A stretch of 64,000 nt of DNA from an uncultured Eubacteriales bacterium (lineage in GTDB: Bacteria > Acidobacteriota > Aminicenantia > Aminicenantales > Aminicenantaceae): NCBI GenBank assembly GCA_964584935.1, contig CAZPBN010000012.1:17094-81093 (forward strand), given 5' to 3'. Position numbers and translations under genes: made by a program. Positions 1-8,398 of the stretch are shown piece by piece. The notes beneath the pieces are model-generated. The model was not told the DNA's origin. It did not search any database and was given only the letters and a program-made list of their open reading frames with translations. Within the stretch, counting starts at the first letter, position 1. Each line of letters begins with the position of its first letter.

Positions 1-204
1 GAAGAATTTATTGCAGAAACAGTTAGATATTTAAAAGAAAAAGGGATTTAAACAATGCGCCTCCAAAATTTCTAAAGGCATTATAAATAGATATAAAAAT
101 ATTTTTCTGTTTGTTCTTATTTGTGTTTCTTTTTTTATTCATTTTATTCAATCCCATTCTCAATATTGATCGAGTTTTCTTTCTTTCGTCTCCAGCTAAA
201 AAGA

Positions 205-978
205 TCAAATCATCAACAGACTCAACGCCATGATTAACATCCCCAGGACTATTCCCAATATCACAGTATGCCCATGACCAGAACGGTAAGCTGTCGGAAT
301 GATTTCATCCACAGATATATAGACCATGATACCTGCTACGAATGCCAAAAGGGACGCAATTAAAACTTCAGATAAAAAGGGCATCAATATCAAGAATCCA
401 AAAAGAGCCCCCACCGGTTCTGAAACACCGGATAAAAAAGAGTAAACAAATGCTTTGTTTCTATTTCCTGTGGCATAAAATAAAGGGATCGATACAGCAA
501 TCCCTTCAGGTATATTATGGATAGCTATAGCCATGGCAATAATCACCCCCAGCTCGACATCATTTAAGGCTGTCGCAAAGATCCCCAGTCCTTCTGGAAA
601 ATTATGAATTCCAATAGCCAAGGCAGTGAAAAAACCTGTTCTCATAAGGCTTTTATCTCCTTTAGTTTCCTTAATATCTTGTTCACCTCTGTAGTGATGA
701 GGATTTTTCTCTTCAGGAATTATTATATCAATTAAACCGATAAAACTAATTCCAATGAAAAACGCCACGATACTCCAGACTTTTCCAACATTTTCAATCG
801 ATTGAGGCAAAAGTTCCATGAACGATATGTAAATCATCACCCCGGCTGAAAATCCTAGAGAAAAGGAAAGATACCTTATCTTCGGTTTTCTAATAAAATA
901 GGCAATAGCACTCCCTATCCCCGTCGAAAGCCCGGCAAGAACAGTGAGTAATAGAGGTAAACCGATATCCCAATGCAT
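205..978 (-). CDS. zupT: ZIP family zinc/metal transporter (ZupT-like)
   Basis: 257 aa, 8 predicted TM segments, His-rich cytoplasmic loop (HHYRGEQD), ZIP signature HNxPEG twice (IHNFPEGLG, IHNIPEGIA). Confidence 0.8.
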   Translation of the reverse strand: MHWDIGLPLLLTVLAGLSTGIGSAIAYFIRKPKIRYLSFSLGFSAGVMIYISFMELLPQSIENVGKVWSIVAFFIGISFIGLIDIIIPEEKNPHHYRGEQDIKETKGDKSLMRTGFFTALAIGIHNFPEGLGIFATALNDVELGVIIAMAIAIHNIPEGIAVSIPLFYATGNRNKAFVYSFLSGVSEPVGALFGFLILMPFLSEVLIASLLAFVAGIMVYISVDEIIPTAYRSGHGHTVILGIVLGMLIMALSLLMI

Positions 979-1271
979 TAATATAATTCCTTATCCAATC
1001 TAGAACAATAGGACGATCCTTTCTTTCTTGTATGGAATGGGATATATTTGTAAATATTATGAACAAGAAATAGCTGGAGAAAGAGTGATTTTATCTCTTT
1101 TTCTTTTTTCTGTACGCCCATTAAACAATAAGCATACAGATTTGAACAAAAAATACAATGAAAAGGAGGATAAATCTCTGTTCTAATGGATTCACTCATC
1201 CTCTCAAATTCATTTCATTCCCCTTAAGCTGAAATAATCTGTATCCAAGCTCTTTTCTCTGAATGCTCTCC

Positions 1272-2753
1272 TTACGGGAAGATTCCTCTTTCTTTATAGA
1301 CCGTTTCAATGCGTGATATAGCTACCATCTGAGCCGCTGTTCGCATATCCACTTTTTTCTCTTTCGCCTTTTCACACACACGTTCATAGGCATTGACAAT
1401 GATCTTATGCAGTTTGTGATCCACTTCCTCAATATCCCAGAATTCACTGCGTTTATTCTGAAGCCACTCAAAGTAGCTAACAATCACTCCTCCGGCATTG
1501 CAGAGAATATCCGGAATAACATCTATTCCTCTGCTAACCAAAACTTTATCTCCATCCGGAGTGGTCGGGCCGTTGGCCCCTTCAGCAACGAGTTTAACCT
1601 TTAACAGTTTTGCAGTCTCTGATGTGATCTGATCTTCCAGAGCAGCCGGGATGAATATGTCCGCATCGGTGGTTAAGAAGGCCTCATGATCTATAGGACG
1701 TGCCTTAGGATAACCTTTTATAAGATTGTTGTTATTTTCCATATAATGAATCAAATCATCAGGATCAATGCCTTCCTTATTATAAATCGCTCCGGACACA
1801 TCTTCGACTGCCAAGAGATTTGATCCGTTTCTTTTCATCAATCGTGCTGACCAGGATCCAACATTCCCAAATCCTTGGATCATATAGGTCAATCCTTTCA
1901 TGTTGAATCCGCGATCCTTAACCCACTTCTCAATAAGAAAAACCAAACCTTGCCCTGTGGCTTTGTTGCGGCCTTGGGATCCACCCGCTTCGATGGGTTT
2001 CCCCGTGACCACGTGAATAGACCGATTACGTTCATTGGGAGCCACAGTTGACATATATGTGTCCATTATCCACGCCATGATCTGGGGGTTCGTATTCACA
2101 TCTGGAGCGGGAATATCATAGTCCGGACCGATATTATTTCCTAAAGAAAATGTGAACCGCCGGGTTATATTTTCTAATTCTCCATTACTGAAATCACTTG
2201 GATCAATTTGGATCCCTCCTTTGGCTCCTCCAAAAGGGATATTGGCAATGGCTGTCTTCCAAGTCATCAGAGTAGCCAGGGCTTTTATTTCGTCAACGTC
2301 AACAAGGGGATGAAATCGCAATCCGCCTTTGAATGGTCCCAGGATATTGTTATGCTGAACCCGATAGCCGGTTAACATTTTAACTGTCCCGTCATCCATT
2401 TTAACCGGAAAATGAACCACAAGTTCATTCATCGTTTCTGCCAAGATCCCACAAATATCTCTGTCAAAATGATTGTATTCCTTGATTTGTTCCAGTCGCT
2501 CGACAATATCTTTATACAAGTTTGATTTTTTTCTTTGTTTGGCTCTGTAATAGGGACATCGCCAAACGCCAGTTTCAGGTCTTGGTATATTACAAATCTC
2601 TTCTAGTTCACAAGAATTGCACAATCCTTTGAATTTTTTCCCTTCTTCAAAGCCTGGTCTCCCGTGTTGATAATACAACAGTTTCCATTCTTTGGTTGTT
2701 GACAAAGGCCTCAAACCATTGTTGTATTTACTCTCTCTTGTGTTATCTTTCAT
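1272..2753 (-). CDS. gdhA: Glutamate dehydrogenase (Glu/Leu/Phe/Val dehydrogenase family) with extra Cys4 N-terminal segment
   Basis: GPFKGGLRFHP, PFGGAKGG, GFGNVGS Rossmann motif. The longest ORF starts at GTG 2771, but ATG at 2753 is preceded by AAGGAG-N6, so the likely start is MKDNTRE. The N-terminal ~70 aa before the GDH core carries C-x2-C-x5-C-x11-C. Confidence 0.85.
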   Translation of the reverse strand: MKDNTRESKYNNGLRPLSTTKEWKLLYYQHGRPGFEEGKKFKGLCNSCELEEICNIPRPETGVWRCPYYRAKQRKKSNLYKDIVERLEQIKEYNHFDRDICGILAETMNELVVHFPVKMDDGTVKMLTGYRVQHNNILGPFKGGLRFHPLVDVDEIKALATLMTWKTAIANIPFGGAKGGIQIDPSDFSNGELENITRRFTFSLGNNIGPDYDIPAPDVNTNPQIMAWIMDTYMSTVAPNERNRSIHVVTGKPIEAGGSQGRNKATGQGLVFLIEKWVKDRGFNMKGLTYMIQGFGNVGSWSARLMKRNGSNLLAVEDVSGAIYNKEGIDPDDLIHYMENNNNLIKGYPKARPIDHEAFLTTDADIFIPAALEDQITSETAKLLKVKLVAEGANGPTTPDGDKVLVSRGIDVIPDILCNAGGVIVSYFEWLQNKRSEFWDIEEVDHKLHKIIVNAYERVCEKAKEKKVDMRTAAQMVAISRIETVYKERGIFP

Positions 2754-2782
2754 TTTTTTCTCCTTTCTCACATCTCCTTTAT

Positions 2783-2799
2783 TGCAATTTCAGTGCCAA
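2783..2799 (-). promoter_or_regulatory. Sigma54 (-24/-12) promoter for gdhA
   Basis: Minus strand reads TTGGCAC-TGAAA-TTGCA, a perfect match to TGGCAC-N5-TTGCA. It sits about 30 nt upstream of the gdhA ATG and directly downstream of a sigma54-dependent activator gene. Confidence 0.6.
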
Positions 2800-2984
2800 A
2801 TATAATATTTCATCCTTTTACTCCAATACCACTGGCGATATTATTTTTTGATTTCTTTAACTTGTTGAAAAAAAAAGAGTTATTTAACGCCCACAATGGA
2901 TAGAGCTGGGAATCCATTCACTCAGGTTTTTTTTGAATAATGAGAAAAGCGGGGAGATTTGTACCAGCGGGGAAAATTTCTCCG

Positions 2985-4352
2985 CTATGTGTGTTTCTTA
3001 TTCGAGTCTGGTATTTTTATTTTTTTTAACTTTTCACGAAGCGTTTTCCTGTCAACTCCTAGGATTTCAGCTGCTTTAGTCTTATTGTTATCCACGCTGG
3101 TTAAAACACTAAGAATATATTCAGCCTCCACTTCAGCCAAGCTTCTATGTCTTTTAATCCCACTGAGGGCCGAAAAACGCATAAGCGATGGAAGGTCAGG
3201 AACATCAATAATATTCCCTTCAGACATGACCACAAATCTTTGTACAATATTCTCCAACTCTCTAACATTTCCCGGCCAATAATAACTTTTCAAAACCTGC
3301 AAAGCACTTTCAGAAAACCGGGGGATTGACTTTCCAAACTCTTTGGCATACTTATCAGCAAAATGTTTGATCAACAACAAAATGTCTTCCTCTCTTTCTC
3401 TCAAAGGAGGAACCTCAATAGTGATCACATTCAGCCGGTAATAAAGATCCTCACGAAATGCTCCTTTATTCACATACCCCTGCAGGTCTTTGTTTGTTGC
3501 TGCAATGATCCTCACATCCACTTTCTGAGGGTACCTTTCTCCAACCATAATGACTTCCTTATCCTGGAGCACACGAAGGAGCTTGACTTGCATGGATAAA
3601 CTTGTCTCGCTTATTTCATCTAGAAAAATAGTCCCTCCATCTGCTGTCTGAAAAAACCCAGCCCTGGTTTCTGTAGCCCCTGTAAAAGCTCCTTTCACAT
3701 ACCCAAAAAGCTCACTTTCGAGTAAAGCCTCAGGGATCCCTCCGCAATTTATAGGGACAAAAGGAGACGAAGCGCGGGTGCTTTTGTAATGAATGGCTCT
3801 TGCCACCAGTTCTTTCCCAGTTCCACTCTCTCCAGTAATAAGAATCGTCGCTGAGCTTGAGCATGCTTTCTCGATAGCATTAAAAACCCTATGCATCGTT
3901 TTTGATTCTCCGATGAGCCCATAACGAGCGATAGGGACTTTATCGGTTTGCTTCTGAGTTGTTCTTCGCTCCTTGAGCTTACTGAGAACACGCTTCACAG
4001 AAGCAAAAAGTTCCTCATCAGTGAAGGGTTTCGCAAGATATTCTTCAGCTCCGGTTTTAACGGCTTCGACAGCTCCCTCAATGGAAGGATATCCTGTGAT
4101 CATGATAACTTCCGTATCTTTATAGTTTTCCTGAATATGCCGGACTAGGCTCAAACCATCTACCTTTGGCATTTTGAGATCCGTTATGACCAAATCCATT
4201 GGGGTGGATTCGAGAATCTTTATAGCCTCCACTGATCCCGGTGCAGTAAAGACATTATATCCTTTGGGCTCTAGATTTCTCCGCATCACCTCTAATATAT
4301 CCAGAGAATCATCCACAATAAGAATGCTTTCTTTTTTTGAAGGTTTTTTCAT
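2985..4352 (-). CDS. Sigma54-dependent response regulator (NtrC/AtoC family): REC + AAA+ sigma54-interaction + Fis-type HTH
   Basis: N-terminal receiver (ILIVDDS...VITDLKMP), Walker A GESGTGKE, GAFTGA sigma54-contact motif, ESELFGY, C-terminal HTH AAEILGVDRKTLREKL. Confidence 0.85.
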   Translation of the reverse strand: MKKPSKKESILIVDDSLDILEVMRRNLEPKGYNVFTAPGSVEAIKILESTPMDLVITDLKMPKVDGLSLVRHIQENYKDTEVIMITGYPSIEGAVEAVKTGAEEYLAKPFTDEELFASVKRVLSKLKERRTTQKQTDKVPIARYGLIGESKTMHRVFNAIEKACSSSATILITGESGTGKELVARAIHYKSTRASSPFVPINCGGIPEALLESELFGYVKGAFTGATETRAGFFQTADGGTIFLDEISETSLSMQVKLLRVLQDKEVIMVGERYPQKVDVRIIAATNKDLQGYVNKGAFREDLYYRLNVITIEVPPLREREEDILLLIKHFADKYAKEFGKSIPRFSESALQVLKSYYWPGNVRELENIVQRFVVMSEGNIIDVPDLPSLMRFSALSGIKRHRSLAEVEAEYILSVLTSVDNNKTKAAEILGVDRKTLREKLKKIKIPDSNKKHT

Positions 4353-4354
4353 CT

Positions 4355-6100
4355 TTACTTCTCGCTTTTTTCATTCGATTCAGGGATTGGAAGCCTTATC
4401 TCGAACCTTGTCCCCTGTCCCACCTTGCTTTTCACATCTATGGATCCTCCGTGGGAAGTAACAATTCCATGAACCACAGGCAACCCCAGCCCTGTTCCTT
4501 TTCCAATCTCCTTGGTTGTAAAAAAGGGAATAAATATCTTTTTGACAATGCCTTCCTCCATACCAACACCTGTGTCCTCCACTATAAATGAAATGGTTTT
4601 CCCTGATGATTCTGTTTTTATGGTTAATTCTCCACCATTGGGCATAGCCTGTATGGCATTGACAGCGATGTTGACAAAAACCTGTGTCATTTGAGCTGGG
4701 TCGGCAGTGATGTCTGGTATATTTTGAGAAAAGTTGCGAATAATCTTTATTCCTTCTTTGGCACATCGCGATTCAAGAAAATAAAGGCTCTCTTCAACAA
4801 TTTGACTTAAACTCACTTGAGCTTTTTGAGGAGGCATCTGACGTGCAAACAGCATCAATTTCTTAACCACTTCTCGTGCATGCAGAGAGGCTTTCATAAT
4901 TTTTTCAGTATCTTTTTTCACTTGATCGGATAAATCAGGATATTTCTGAACAAGCTGGGCAAATCCAAGAATGCTCCCTATAGGCTCATTCAATTCATGG
5001 GCTACTCCTGCAGATAATTGACCGATCGTAGCTAACCGGTCTGCATGCCTCAGCTGCTCTTGAAGTTTTTCTTTATCATGTTCTGTTTGCTTCCGTTCAA
5101 TAATCAAAGCCACCTCTTTAGCAACTGTATCAATTAAATTGCGCTCTTCTTTGAGAAAAGGGCCTTCGTCAAGCTCCGGTTTTTTTTCTGAATAAATCAC
5201 TTCAACGGTACCCCGCTCGCAATCACTAACAATAATACTCACCCTCTGTCTATGAACCCCATTTTGAAAATCATCAGTTAAGTAAGACTTTTGATCCACA
5301 GTAATTCTAGCTGAAGTGATCTCAGGATACAGCCAGGCTGGAGGAAGAAGCTGTGCAATTCCTTGAAGAATTTCTTCCAAGGAAAGGTCAGTCCGTTCCG
5401 CGAGCTTTGCAATACCATATAGACAGGTGAGTTCTTTAACCCTTTCGTTAAGCTCTACTTGAGCCCGCCGGTGAGCGGCAGCAATCCCTAAGGTCTGGAC
5501 AACATCCTCACAAAATAACACATCTTTTTTTTGGAAAGAATCAGGGGGCTTATTTTTTAATTGGAGCAATCCAATGTTTTCATTCTCCACGACAATCGGG
5601 ACCACAACTAAAGACCTGTAATTTTCAAACTTCATGGATTGGATCGAAGATACTCCCGAAATTTGTTTGGACAGAAAAGCAAGTGTTTTTTCAGTATGGT
5701 TTGTCCAAAAACTTCCATTGTCTGTTATAAAAGGCAAAGAAGAATCATATTGCTTAAGAAGAATATTCAAGCATAACTGATCCAGAGAAGAGTCTTTTTT
5801 CAATCCAGGTATATAGTGACCATTTCTATCTTTCACAACAGGAACAATTTCAAAGCGGAAAGACTGTTTTTTAGAACGCCTCATTTCACTTCGGTAATAC
5901 TTCCCCCGCTCCTTCAGCCACATCTCTACGGAATCACACCCACAAAATTCCAAGATAATTCTGGAAGTTTCTTTTAAAAAATCGATCCTCAGAAAGCCAT
6001 GAAAGGCAAGATGCATGATTTGATCTGAAACATTTCGGAAATCTTTAAGCTCATGGGGCGGGGCAAATTCTCTATTGGATTTCTTTGATGTCTTCGTCAT
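4355..6100 (-). CDS. Cytoplasmic sensor histidine kinase with N-terminal GAF-type sensor domains
   Basis: 581 aa, no TM segment, H-box HELNEPIGSILGFAQL, HATPase_c motifs (DTGVGM, GKGTGLGL). The stop is 3 nt from the regulator start, so the pair is probably an operon. Confidence 0.8.
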   Translation of the reverse strand: MTKTSKKSNREFAPPHELKDFRNVSDQIMHLAFHGFLRIDFLKETSRIILEFCGCDSVEMWLKERGKYYRSEMRRSKKQSFRFEIVPVVKDRNGHYIPGLKKDSSLDQLCLNILLKQYDSSLPFITDNGSFWTNHTEKTLAFLSKQISGVSSIQSMKFENYRSLVVVPIVVENENIGLLQLKNKPPDSFQKKDVLFCEDVVQTLGIAAAHRRAQVELNERVKELTCLYGIAKLAERTDLSLEEILQGIAQLLPPAWLYPEITSARITVDQKSYLTDDFQNGVHRQRVSIIVSDCERGTVEVIYSEKKPELDEGPFLKEERNLIDTVAKEVALIIERKQTEHDKEKLQEQLRHADRLATIGQLSAGVAHELNEPIGSILGFAQLVQKYPDLSDQVKKDTEKIMKASLHAREVVKKLMLFARQMPPQKAQVSLSQIVEESLYFLESRCAKEGIKIIRNFSQNIPDITADPAQMTQVFVNIAVNAIQAMPNGGELTIKTESSGKTISFIVEDTGVGMEEGIVKKIFIPFFTTKEIGKGTGLGLPVVHGIVTSHGGSIDVKSKVGQGTRFEIRLPIPESNEKSEK

Positions 6101-6419
6101 ATAATATTTTTATATTTTGTTTCCCTCAAATTAGCTTTTTTTCTCATTCATAACCCTCTCAACATTTCTATCTGTGATGCTATAAGAAAGCAGCTCTTCC
6201 GTCAAGACAAAATACAAAAGACAAAGAACGCAAAAAAGAACGTCAGGGAAACCGTCTTCTTGGTGTATTTGATGACAGGATCTTTTTCATTGTTGTTCGA
6301 TTTAACCATAATAACAGACCTTCAAAACAATTCTCATGGTTTTTTCTTGTCTTTTTAGTTTTTCCTGTTAAAATATTTGTGCATTTGCACGCTATTGAAG
6401 AAATTTAAGGAGTAAAAAA

Positions 6420-7295
6420 ATGGGTGATTTTTTTAAAAAAATTCTTTGGGCAACAGATTTTTCAGATGAGGCTCAAGATTCCCTTTATTATGCGGATATT
6501 TTTGCAAAAACTTTTAAAGCCAAACTCTTTGCCCTTCATGTTGTGCCGGATTTTTCACCTGCTTTATACACAGCTCCCTCAATGAAAGAACAAATTGAAA
6601 AAAGAGTCAATTCTGTTAAAAAAGAAGCGACAAAAAAACTTGAAACATTGAAGAAGTCCAAAGGGATATCTTTTGATATTTTAACCAAAAAAGGAAATGC
6701 ATCAAAAAAAATAATAGAAGCAATCGAAGAAAATGACATAGATCTGGTGGTCATGGGAAAAAAAGGTATGTCTGCATTGGAAAAAATATTCATTGGAAGT
6801 GTGGCAAATCATGTTTTAAGGGCTGTCCCCTGTCCGATATTACTCACAAAAAAGAAAACCGGAAAACCAAAATTTAAGAAATTTCTTGTTCCTACCGATT
6901 TTACGGAACAGGAAGAAGTAGAAAGAAACTATGCTTGGAAACTGGCTAAGGAATTTGATGGGGATCTGACCTTTCTTCATGTTTTGGAGCTCCATGATTA
7001 CGAATTTTCTCCCCGAGTCCTTGACGAAATGTTTGACTCTCTAATGAAAAAACTCAAGCAGAGAAGGAAAAGCGAAAAAGAAGATATAAAGATTTCAGAA
7101 GAAATTACTCGTGCGATTAATGCTTCTCTTGGAATCGTCGATTATGCTGAAACTAACAAGTATGATTTAATCATAATATCCACTTATGTTCATAGTAGAC
7201 TGGAAAAATTCTTTCTAGGAAGCACGACGGAAAAAGTAATCTCGCATTCCAATATTCCTATATTTGCCATTCCTCCTGCCGCAGGTTCTGATTAA
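6420..7295 (+). CDS. Tandem universal stress protein (two UspA domains)
   Basis: 291 aa with two UspA-like halves (ILWATDFSD...LHVVP; FLVPTDFTEQ...LHVLE). Good SD AAGGAG 8 nt upstream. Confidence 0.7.
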   Translation: MGDFFKKILWATDFSDEAQDSLYYADIFAKTFKAKLFALHVVPDFSPALYTAPSMKEQIEKRVNSVKKEATKKLETLKKSKGISFDILTKKGNASKKIIEAIEENDIDLVVMGKKGMSALEKIFIGSVANHVLRAVPCPILLTKKKTGKPKFKKFLVPTDFTEQEEVERNYAWKLAKEFDGDLTFLHVLELHDYEFSPRVLDEMFDSLMKKLKQRRKSEKEDIKISEEITRAINASLGIVDYAETNKYDLIIISTYVHSRLEKFFLGSTTEKVISHSNIPIFAIPPAAGSD

Positions 7296-7297
7296 AG

Positions 7298-8398
7298 GTG
7301 AAACAAAACCTTGAATACTGGATAGCACTCAATTTCATTCTTTCTGACTCTTATAAATTAACAAAAAAAATTGTTGACTTTTTCCCCTCTGTGGAGGATA
7401 TTTTCAAAGCGTCCAGGAATCAATTGATATCCCTGGGGCTGGAAACAAAAGCTGCTGAGAAACTCAAGTCTTCCAGGATTCTTGATGAGTCACGGAGAGA
7501 AATCGAACGATGCAATCGGTTGAATTATTCCATTCTCACTCTGGACGACGAGAATTATCCGGATTATTTAAGAGAAATCTATGATCCACCGTTCGTCCTT
7601 TATTGTGCTGGAAACAGAGAAGTATTAAACAAGCCTTCCGTTTCTATTGTGGGAGCAAGAAAACCCACACCTTACGGAAGGGCGGCGGCTGATAAGCTGG
7701 CACGTGAACTTTCTTCTCGTGGGCTTGTTATTGTGAGCGGCCTGGCAAGTGGTCTTGATTCCGTTGCCCATTGGGGTGCTCTCAAAGAAGGAAAGACAAC
7801 AGCCGTACTTGGCTCCGGGTTGGACAATATATATCCAAAGGAAAACCGGGGCCTTTTCAAAAAGATTATTGATGAGGGAGCTGTGATAACAGAATTTCCA
7901 AAAAAATCTCCTCCGTTGGGATACCATTTTCCTATGCGCAACAGAATAATAAGCGGGCTTTCCATTGCTACAGTCGTTGTGGAAGCATCTAACAGAAGCG
8001 GGTCATTGATTTCTGCCAGACTGGCTCTGGAGCAAAACAGAGAAGTTATGGCTGTTCCCGGTAATATCAATTCAAAATTAAGTGAAGGGACCAACTGGTT
8101 GATTAAAACAGGAGCCAAAACAGTAACCTGCTGGGAAGATGTTGCCGAAGAATTTCCTCTCCCTCTCAGAGAAAAACTTCTTCAAAAAAAGACAGATACA
8201 AAGAGATCCCTTCCCTCCTTAACCAGCAGAGAAAAATCCGTGTTTGAAATTTTAAAAACTGATATACAATTTCACATTGACGAAATCGTTAATGAAACAA
8301 AACTTTCCGTTTCTAAAGTGCTTTCTGTCTTAATGACTCTTGAAATAAAAGGGTTGGTTGTTCAAAGGCCAGGAAAATATTATCTCAGGAGATGGTAA
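7298..8398 (+). CDS. dprA: DNA processing protein DprA (Smf)
   Basis: Rossmann-like DprA core GARKPTPYG...IVSGLASGLDSVAHWGAL...AVLGSGLD...YPKENRGLF and a C-terminal winged-helix-like tail. Confidence 0.85.
   Translation: MKQNLEYWIALNFILSDSYKLTKKIVDFFPSVEDIFKASRNQLISLGLETKAAEKLKSSRILDESRREIERCNRLNYSILTLDDENYPDYLREIYDPPFVLYCAGNREVLNKPSVSIVGARKPTPYGRAAADKLARELSSRGLVIVSGLASGLDSVAHWGALKEGKTTAVLGSGLDNIYPKENRGLFKKIIDEGAVITEFPKKSPPLGYHFPMRNRIISGLSIATVVVEASNRSGSLISARLALEQNREVMAVPGNINSKLSEGTNWLIKTGAKTVTCWEDVAEEFPLPLREKLLQKKTDTKRSLPSLTSREKSVFEILKTDIQFHIDEIVNETKLSVSKVLSVLMTLEIKGLVVQRPGKYYLRRW

Noticed and set aside
23-208. Many 60-130 aa ORFs in the track antisense to or nested within large genes (e.g. 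4380-4766, 7672-8118, 33009-33395, 62686-63186)
   Set aside because: They lie inside well-supported genes on the opposite strand or another frame. They have biased composition (Ser/Pro/Arg-rich or Lys/Phe/Ile-rich) and no RBS, so they are treated as spurious.
1049-1065. Imperfect palindrome TGTAAATATTATGAACA upstream of zupT as a Zur/Fur box
   Set aside because: Only about 11/17 symmetric positions and no match to a known Zur consensus.
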